A DNA stretch of 64,000 bases from a virus. Taxonomy: Duplodnaviria > Caudoviricetes. The translations under genes were made by a program, and so were the position numbers. The stretch covers positions 1-64,000 of the IMG/VR virus record IMGVR_UViG_3300009158_002556. One strand, 5' to 3'. The notes below the pieces were generated by a model. The model made no database searches. It was not told the DNA's origin and worked only from the letters and a program-made list of their open reading frames with translations. This document shows, one piece after another, positions 58,038 through 64,000 of the stretch (its first letter is position 1; each line of letters starts with the position of its first letter).

Positions 58038-58709
58038 ATGACAAATAAAGAATTAAGAGCCAAATACGGAGACTTTACAAAACACAATTACTACACTTAC
58101 CCAGATCATTTCTTTAGCCCAAAGGATGATTTTACCCTAAACATTCCTGTTTGGAGTAGTTACTTCACCAGATTTCTTGATCAAGAGAATCTACTTTTCC
58201 TAGAAATTGGTACTGGTCATGGTAGATCTTCAGTGTGGATGTTGGAAAATGTTTTAACTCAACCAAACTCAAGAATCATTACTGTTGATATAGAAGATGT
58301 ACGTAAGTACAAAAAAGGAGACTTATCATTTGACTTTGGCGATTCTTTATCGTTAACATTAACTCAGAATCTTCAACCTTATATTGATAAAAATAAGTGT
58401 GAGTTTTATGTCACTGACTCCAAAGAGTTTTTACGTAAATTGTATGGTGGCACCTTGGGATCTAAGTTTCTTGGTAGCGATCCTAAGAACGTATTTGACT
58501 TCATCTACCTTGATGGATGTCACGAACCAGATTATGTTATGCATGAAGCCGCAATTAGTTTTGAATTGTTAAAGAAAGGCGGATTTATTCTATTCGATGA
58601 TTATGGTTGGGGTAAATGCAGATATGGTATCGAAGCATTCTTGGAATGTTATAAGGGTAAGTACAATTTATTAATCAAGGAATGGCAAGTATTGATTGAA
58701 AAAATATGA
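58038..58709 (+). CDS. class I SAM-dependent methyltransferase
   Basis: FLEIGTGHGRSS, TVD, FDFIYLDGCH, GGFILFDDY. Confidence 0.88.
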   Translation: MTNKELRAKYGDFTKHNYYTYPDHFFSPKDDFTLNIPVWSSYFTRFLDQENLLFLEIGTGHGRSSVWMLENVLTQPNSRIITVDIEDVRKYKKGDLSFDFGDSLSLTLTQNLQPYIDKNKCEFYVTDSKEFLRKLYGGTLGSKFLGSDPKNVFDFIYLDGCHEPDYVMHEAAISFELLKKGGFILFDDYGWGKCRYGIEAFLECYKGKYNLLIKEWQVLIEKI

Positions 58710-59536
58710 TAAATATTAATAGTTTTGACGAGTTTAAAACTCTGATGAATAATCATAAAAGTTTTACTGTAAGAAGAGGTCGTGACGGATTTGGATCCCA
58801 AATGTATGCAACTATTATAGGTTTTTGTATATCAAAACAAATTAATAAACCATATTACTATTCAAGTTTATCGCCGATATCATTGATGAATGTGTCATTG
58901 TGGGGAAACTCTACAGAGAAAGCAAATAATGTATTAAGTAAAATAATGAAAAATCTCAACATCGATCACGTTGAGAATAATTCGGGTGGATGTTTAAGTA
59001 TACAACTTCCATATGGTTGTACAAACGAACAAACATTCTCAGATAAAACTTTATCAGATTTACATAATAGCTGGCCATTACCAAAACCATCCTATTTTGA
59101 AAGTGATCATGTTATAAGCATTCATATTCGTAGAGGATTAGATATCATTAAAAAAGATAAACATCGATTTTCAAGATGGGTTGAAGACCCAAACTTTTAT
59201 AAAGATATGGTTTATAAATTATCAACAAAATATCCAAAATCTAAAATCCATATTTTCTGTTGGGGAGAATGTGGTTTAGAGGATATAAAAAATGATAATT
59301 TAACAATTCATAATTCGGGTGGAAATAACTTCATAGAAGACTTTAATGCATTTGTACACTCGGATATGTTAATTGTAGCCGGAAGCACATTTAGTGTAAG
59401 TGCCGCGTTCTTTAATAAAAACACAATATTGTGTTCCAGTAAAATTTTGAAATTTAGTTCTCTCGTAGAAGAGAAATGTTATTCATCACCATTTCCAGAA
59501 ATTTGGGAACAAAATTATAATTCAACGCTTACGTAA
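58706..59536 (+). CDS. GT11/O-fucosyltransferase-like glycosyltransferase
   Basis: DGFGSQ, SIHIRRG (HxRRxD-like), SDMLIVAGSTFS..AA. Confidence 0.68.
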   Translation: MININSFDEFKTLMNNHKSFTVRRGRDGFGSQMYATIIGFCISKQINKPYYYSSLSPISLMNVSLWGNSTEKANNVLSKIMKNLNIDHVENNSGGCLSIQLPYGCTNEQTFSDKTLSDLHNSWPLPKPSYFESDHVISIHIRRGLDIIKKDKHRFSRWVEDPNFYKDMVYKLSTKYPKSKIHIFCWGECGLEDIKNDNLTIHNSGGNNFIEDFNAFVHSDMLIVAGSTFSVSAAFFNKNTILCSSKILKFSSLVEEKCYSSPFPEIWEQNYNSTLT

Positions 59537-60534
59537 TGAAAATCCAAATATTAGAACTAGAAAAACATCGTAACGAAACAACATTTAGACCTTATCTAAG
59601 TGCAATACAAACGTTTAATGAGTATGGTATTGAATTCGTAAATGAAAACCCAGACATGTATTGGGTTGGTCAAGCATCTGTTGTAAATAAAAAAGTATCT
59701 CTTCAAGAATCAATTGATAACGGATGTAAGTTTTTAGAAAATTTGGATGCTCCTTATGTGTTATTTGATGGTCAAGATTCATCATCGTTGATGGGTGTGT
59801 GGGACGTATTTAGTAAAATACCAGGCTTTAAATTAGCAAAGAATGTTGTACTAAAAAATTATTCATCTTATACCAAAAAATTTCCAAATGGCAGATGGTT
59901 TTGGGGTGAGAGTGAAACTGGATATAGTGTATCATCGGCTGACCTAGAATTATTAAATAAACGATTGGTACATAGTGGCACAAATTGGTTAAATACATTT
60001 GGTAACAAGATGGAGTTTGCCAAGATCAATAAAAACAAAAAACATGACGTTGCGGTACTTATTGGTCTATGTCCCGAGAACTATGAATATGGTAATCGGG
60101 TGGATGAATATTACAATGGTCCTCGTAGAAAACTATTTGAAGAAGTCAAGAAACTTGATTGTAATGTAATAACCACTGAAGCTACTGGCAAATTAGATAA
60201 ACAAAAATACATGCAAACTCTATATGATAGCAAACTTTGTATATCACCATTTGGTTATGGAGAAGTAAATATCAGAGAAGTTGAATGTATTGTCGCTGGT
60301 ACTCCTACTATCAAACCCAACATTGAATGTGTAAAAAGCACTCCATTTATTTATGGTAATGGATTTACATTGGATTGTAAGTCTGATTTCTCCGATTTAA
60401 AAGATGTTGTTGAATTTGCATTGTCAAACTACGATGATAGTATCAATTTATTAAATCAGCAACGTGAAGTGTTTTATCATAAATCAACCGATAACTACAT
60501 CGTTAAACATGTAATCAAAAATATATTGTCATAA
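59536..60534 (+). CDS. GT-B glycosyltransferase-like protein (exostosin/CgeB-like C-terminus)
   Basis: YM..LYDSKLCISPFGYGE...RE.E...GTP.IKP, DFSDL. Confidence 0.62.
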   Translation: MKIQILELEKHRNETTFRPYLSAIQTFNEYGIEFVNENPDMYWVGQASVVNKKVSLQESIDNGCKFLENLDAPYVLFDGQDSSSLMGVWDVFSKIPGFKLAKNVVLKNYSSYTKKFPNGRWFWGESETGYSVSSADLELLNKRLVHSGTNWLNTFGNKMEFAKINKNKKHDVAVLIGLCPENYEYGNRVDEYYNGPRRKLFEEVKKLDCNVITTEATGKLDKQKYMQTLYDSKLCISPFGYGEVNIREVECIVAGTPTIKPNIECVKSTPFIYGNGFTLDCKSDFSDLKDVVEFALSNYDDSINLLNQQREVFYHKSTDNYIVKHVIKNILS

Positions 60535-61547
60535 TGAAACTATCAAAAAAATATGTCATAGGTACTCACGTCATGTTCTATGAAATAGAAATGTACAAGG
60601 AGTTTGTTGATGGATTAATTAATCTAATTGACCCAATACAAAACAAAGAAAATATTCATCTACACTTTTGTTTCAACACTTCTCAATATTTTGAAAAGAT
60701 TGATACCTCAAAGATTGATGTACATCAACTATCCGATAAGTTTTATGATGGTATACAAAAACTCAAAAATATAGGTATTAATGAGAAAAATTTAGTAATT
60801 GAGTTAAAAACAGATCACGATGAGATTTACAATGTGGCTGATTATAGAAGAGATCTTAATTACAATTATTGTAAAAAGGTTGATTATATTATGTGGGGTG
60901 AGACTGATAGTTTCTTTCCAAAGGAAGCATTCAATGTAATTGAAAGCATTGCACATTATGGATCATCTGCCAATATACACAAGTATATTATTAGCTTTGC
61001 TGATCGTAAAATGTGGGATGATTCTTGGAAAGTAACAGAACATGTTGACTACGAAAATGTTAAGTTTATTGATACACCAGATCAAGTAAATAATAAAAAT
61101 TATGCCAAGTCTCAATTGAGTATAGAAGAAATGAACACGGTAAATGCAAAAACAACTGAATTTGACATTCGTACATTATCTCAACCCAAGATAGATGGTA
61201 GTTGTTTGGTATTGTCATCTGACCTAATCAAATCAGGTGTTAATCTTCCACATAGTTTGTTGTTGTATGGTGATGATTCTAGTATTGGTGTTATTGCCAA
61301 ACAAATCATGGGTGATAAGTTTATTCAGTTTGTAATAAAGAATATTCTAAAGGTTCATGCCAGAAGACATCCCAACAAACGTTTATATATTCTAAATGAA
61401 GATAACCCTAGAGGTTTTTGTGGCGATAAAAAGGGTGTGTGGTCAAATGTATTAGATCAACACTCCAAATTTAATCTACACAATATTCTTAAATCCCAAA
61501 ATAAGTTCTTTACCTTTAAAGACGTTTTTGATAAAATAAACCTATGA
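60534..61547 (+). CDS. GT-A glycosyltransferase-like protein
   Basis: YRRDLN...DYIMWGETDSF; YGDD. Confidence 0.5.
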   Translation: MKLSKKYVIGTHVMFYEIEMYKEFVDGLINLIDPIQNKENIHLHFCFNTSQYFEKIDTSKIDVHQLSDKFYDGIQKLKNIGINEKNLVIELKTDHDEIYNVADYRRDLNYNYCKKVDYIMWGETDSFFPKEAFNVIESIAHYGSSANIHKYIISFADRKMWDDSWKVTEHVDYENVKFIDTPDQVNNKNYAKSQLSIEEMNTVNAKTTEFDIRTLSQPKIDGSCLVLSSDLIKSGVNLPHSLLLYGDDSSIGVIAKQIMGDKFIQFVIKNILKVHARRHPNKRLYILNEDNPRGFCGDKKGVWSNVLDQHSKFNLHNILKSQNKFFTFKDVFDKINL

Positions 61548-62110
61548 CTATAGACGAAATACTATCTTTGGTACCAGACAAATTTGAACACAAAACCACC
61601 ACTTCAAAAAAGTTTAAGCGTGATGTTTTTACATTCTTTGATAAACCCGAGTTCAAAAACAAAACTGCTTTGGAAATTGGATCCAATTTGGGTTATACCA
61701 CCTTTATTCTAAGTTACCTATTCAACCAAGTATATGGCATCAATGAAAAAGAATTTGACAAGGCCGATGAGTTTTGTAAACAAAATGGTAGAACCAACGT
61801 CAAGTTCTTTGGTCAAGATGTATACAAATACGGGCTTCCTGTTGATACTGCCGATGTAATTATGGTGGATGCTCTCCACACCTACGATGCGGTCCAAATA
61901 GACGTATATAACGCCTTAAAGTTAAAATCGGACGGTAAGAAGTACTTCATCTTTGACGATGTGGGCGCTTATCCAGAAATTATCAACTCACTCAATGATC
62001 TTTTTGAAAAAAATGTTATTAAGCCAATCGTAAAGATCGGTCATAGTGATGAAGAAAAGTTCACCAGGCCATTACATGATTGGGAAGGAGTAATTTGCAT
62101 CGAAGTATGA
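61544..62110 (+). CDS. class I SAM-dependent methyltransferase
   Basis: ALEIGSNLGYTT, IMVDALHTY, FIFDD. Confidence 0.82.
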   Translation: MTIDEILSLVPDKFEHKTTTSKKFKRDVFTFFDKPEFKNKTALEIGSNLGYTTFILSYLFNQVYGINEKEFDKADEFCKQNGRTNVKFFGQDVYKYGLPVDTADVIMVDALHTYDAVQIDVYNALKLKSDGKKYFIFDDVGAYPEIINSLNDLFEKNVIKPIVKIGHSDEEKFTRPLHDWEGVICIEV

Positions 62111-63057
62111 ACATTTGTTTTATCAGTCAAAATGGTCATAGTGGTAAGTTACCAAGAAACTTTGTAAACTGTCGTACAGAGTTTGCGTGGCAAATTGCTT
62201 TGAATGCCGATCACTATAACTTTCAAGAATGGTTTTTATCTAACAAAAATAAAAGTTATGATTTAATTATAGTTTTGTTACCCAAGAAACTTGAAATTGT
62301 TGACACAAATATGTTATTAGAAAGTGTCAAATCTTCTGGTAAGAAGGTAACTGTTATGCAAGAAGGACCAGCTTGGTACTATCAAGATTATAATTATGTC
62401 AACCAAGTTAATTATATTAACTTTGTGAGTGAGATGGATTTTCTACTAACTCACAATACTAGTGATATTTCATACTTCAAAGGTGTATTTAATAAACCTT
62501 CATTCAATCTACAATCTCTTATGATTGAAGATACTATCAAAGATGTACCCCGTGAAAACAACAAGATACCTATTATTGGTGGTAACTTTTGTAGTTGGTA
62601 TGGTGGTATAGATAGTTACTTTGTAGCGCAAGTATTCAACAAACCCATCTTTATACCAAGTATGGGTCGTAAAATAGAAAACGAAGATCAATTTCCTAGT
62701 TTACATCATTTACCATACATGATGTGGAATGAATGGATTAAAGCACTCGCTAATTTTAATGTGGGTATACATTTGATGCGTACTCACGCAGCTGGTACTT
62801 TTGCTCTCAATTGTGCATATCTAGGTATACCATGTATCGGATATAAAGGATTAGATACACAACAAATATTACACCCAGAGTTATCTGTGGATATTGGTGA
62901 CATTGAACAATCAAAAAAGCTAGCAAATAAACTTAAAAACGACATTTCTTTTTATAATTCGTGTTCACAACAATCTAGAGAATTATATCAAATATATTAT
63001 ACAGAACAAAAATGGTTAGATAATTGGAAAACAATATATGAGCAAATCAAAAACTAA
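62107..63057 (+). CDS. GT-B glycosyltransferase-like protein
   Basis: GIHLM...AGTFALNCAYLGIPCIG, donor-binding-like C-terminus; start moved to 62107 (ATGA overlap). Confidence 0.55.
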   Translation: MNICFISQNGHSGKLPRNFVNCRTEFAWQIALNADHYNFQEWFLSNKNKSYDLIIVLLPKKLEIVDTNMLLESVKSSGKKVTVMQEGPAWYYQDYNYVNQVNYINFVSEMDFLLTHNTSDISYFKGVFNKPSFNLQSLMIEDTIKDVPRENNKIPIIGGNFCSWYGGIDSYFVAQVFNKPIFIPSMGRKIENEDQFPSLHHLPYMMWNEWIKALANFNVGIHLMRTHAAGTFALNCAYLGIPCIGYKGLDTQQILHPELSVDIGDIEQSKKLANKLKNDISFYNSCSQQSRELYQIYYTEQKWLDNWKTIYEQIKN

Positions 63058-63844
63058 AATTGGTATCGTTGGTTATGGATATGTAGGAAAAGCATTTCAT
63101 ACATTTTTCAAAGATCATTATGAGGTTGTAATTCGTGATCCACTTTATCCAAACTCTGTATCCAAGGAAGAAATTAATCAATGTGAATTGGGTGTGGTTT
63201 GTGTACCAACCCCATCAAATACTGATGGTAGTTGTGATACGAGTATTGTTGAAGAATCTGTATCATGGATGACCAATCCTATCATTCTCATCAAGTCAAC
63301 TATTGAAATTGGTACAACTCGTAGGTTGATTGAAAAGTATAATAAGAAGATTGTATTTAGTCCAGAGTTTGCTGGTGAGTCCAAATACTGGACTCCACAG
63401 GGTTTTACAACTGATGTTAAACAAACCCCATTCTTTATTTTTGGTTCAGATGATAAATCAGTTGGACATAGATTGGTTGACATTTATATGCCAATCACTG
63501 GACCAAGCAAAACATATCGTGTCACAGATAGTATTAGTGCAGAAATCACCAAGTATGTAGAAAACACTTACTTCGCAATGAAGGTTGCGTTTGTAAATGA
63601 ACTATATGATTTGTGTGAGAAGAGTGGTACTCATTGGAGTGAAGTACGTGATCTATGGTTGTTAGATCCAAGAACCAACAAGTCTCACACAGCTGTATTT
63701 GCTAATGAACGTGGTTTTGGTGGCAAGTGTTTACCAAAAGATACAAAGGCTATGGTTGGATATGGTGACAAACTTGGTGTGGATCTATCAATCTTGAAGA
63801 CCGTATTAAAGAGTAACGAACAAATGGTAAAACAAAATGGCTAA
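63038..63844 (+). CDS. UDP-glucose/GDP-mannose dehydrogenase family, short form
   Basis: IGIVGYGYVG, CVPTP, IKSTI, SPEF, AEITKY..N...A.KVAF.NE, FGGKCLPKD. Confidence 0.88.
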   Translation: MSKSKTKIGIVGYGYVGKAFHTFFKDHYEVVIRDPLYPNSVSKEEINQCELGVVCVPTPSNTDGSCDTSIVEESVSWMTNPIILIKSTIEIGTTRRLIEKYNKKIVFSPEFAGESKYWTPQGFTTDVKQTPFFIFGSDDKSVGHRLVDIYMPITGPSKTYRVTDSISAEITKYVENTYFAMKVAFVNELYDLCEKSGTHWSEVRDLWLLDPRTNKSHTAVFANERGFGGKCLPKDTKAMVGYGDKLGVDLSILKTVLKSNEQMVKQNG

Positions 63845-63858
63845 GAATTGCATATTAA

Positions 63859-64000
63859 TGGTCGCTATTGAGGATGAATTATCCAAACATTCTCATAAAA
63901 CCTATTTTGAACACACCATCAATAGTTGGCAATATTATTGTAACAAGCATAATATTGACTTCTACGTAGTTAGGATCAAGAGACCAGACGTTAAGTATAG
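63859..64000 (+). CDS. partial ORF at the right edge, probable glycosyltransferase N-terminus
   Basis: MVAIEDE...YFEHTINSWQYYCNKHNIDFYVV, open to the end of the window. Confidence 0.5.

Noticed and set aside
1889-63560. Many 60-150 aa antisense or alternate-frame ORFs in the track (e.g. 42041..42490, 4659..4958, 9090..9437, 49725..50033)
   Set aside because: They lie wholly within or opposite confident genes, have no motifs, and are expected shadows of codon bias
767-64000. Bacterial O-antigen or capsule locus
   Set aside because: No wzx/wzy/wzz/ABC exporter or housekeeping genes; a T4-type replisome and virion-like genes are interleaved
1-64000. Stop-codon reassignment (TAG or TGA), as in some large phages
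   Set aside because: Genes are full length in the standard code; TAG (3818, 9279, 19054) and TGA (many ATGA overlaps) end genes at sensible positions
1-64000. tRNA, rRNA or structured ncRNA genes
   Set aside because: Intergenic gaps are almost all under 110 nt and AT-rich, with no cloverleaf or GTTCRA/TGGT boxes in proper context; a tRNAscan/Infernal run would be needed to be certain

Overview
This is an AT-rich, very densely coding 64 kb segment that is best explained as part of a large tailed-phage genome with a T4-type replication core. The core genes are family B DNA polymerase, sliding clamp, clamp loader, SF2 helicase, dCMP deaminase, dUTPase, a PD-(D/E)XK nuclease and HNH/GIY-YIG nucleases. 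About half of the genes form a dispersed glycan-synthesis repertoire: roughly 22-25 glycosyltransferase-like ORFs, 5-6 class I SAM methyltransferases, an RmlC-less rhamnose pathway, Gmd with a ColD-type (His) dehydratase, a short UDP-sugar dehydrogenase, a LicD-cytidylyltransferase fusion, and a four-gene cupin/nucleotidyltransferase/kinase + AroE-like + GatZ-like + HAD module of unknown chemistry. The most striking single element is an intact IscU Fe-S scaffold gene interrupted by a 364-aa HNH-containing intein (23065-24156). It is inserted so that the first Fe-S ligand Cys is the C+1 splicing nucleophile. Other notable items are a B12-binding radical SAM enzyme, a Dps-like protein, modular putative virion polyproteins punctuated by hydrophobic-x-E motifs, a recurrent TA(T/C)TTAT(A/T) motif just upstream of many starts, and two perfect inverted repeats, one overlapping a start codon and one immediately upstream of another. 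No tRNA, rRNA or CRISPR array was recognised. All family assignments come from motif recognition by eye; no database search was run.
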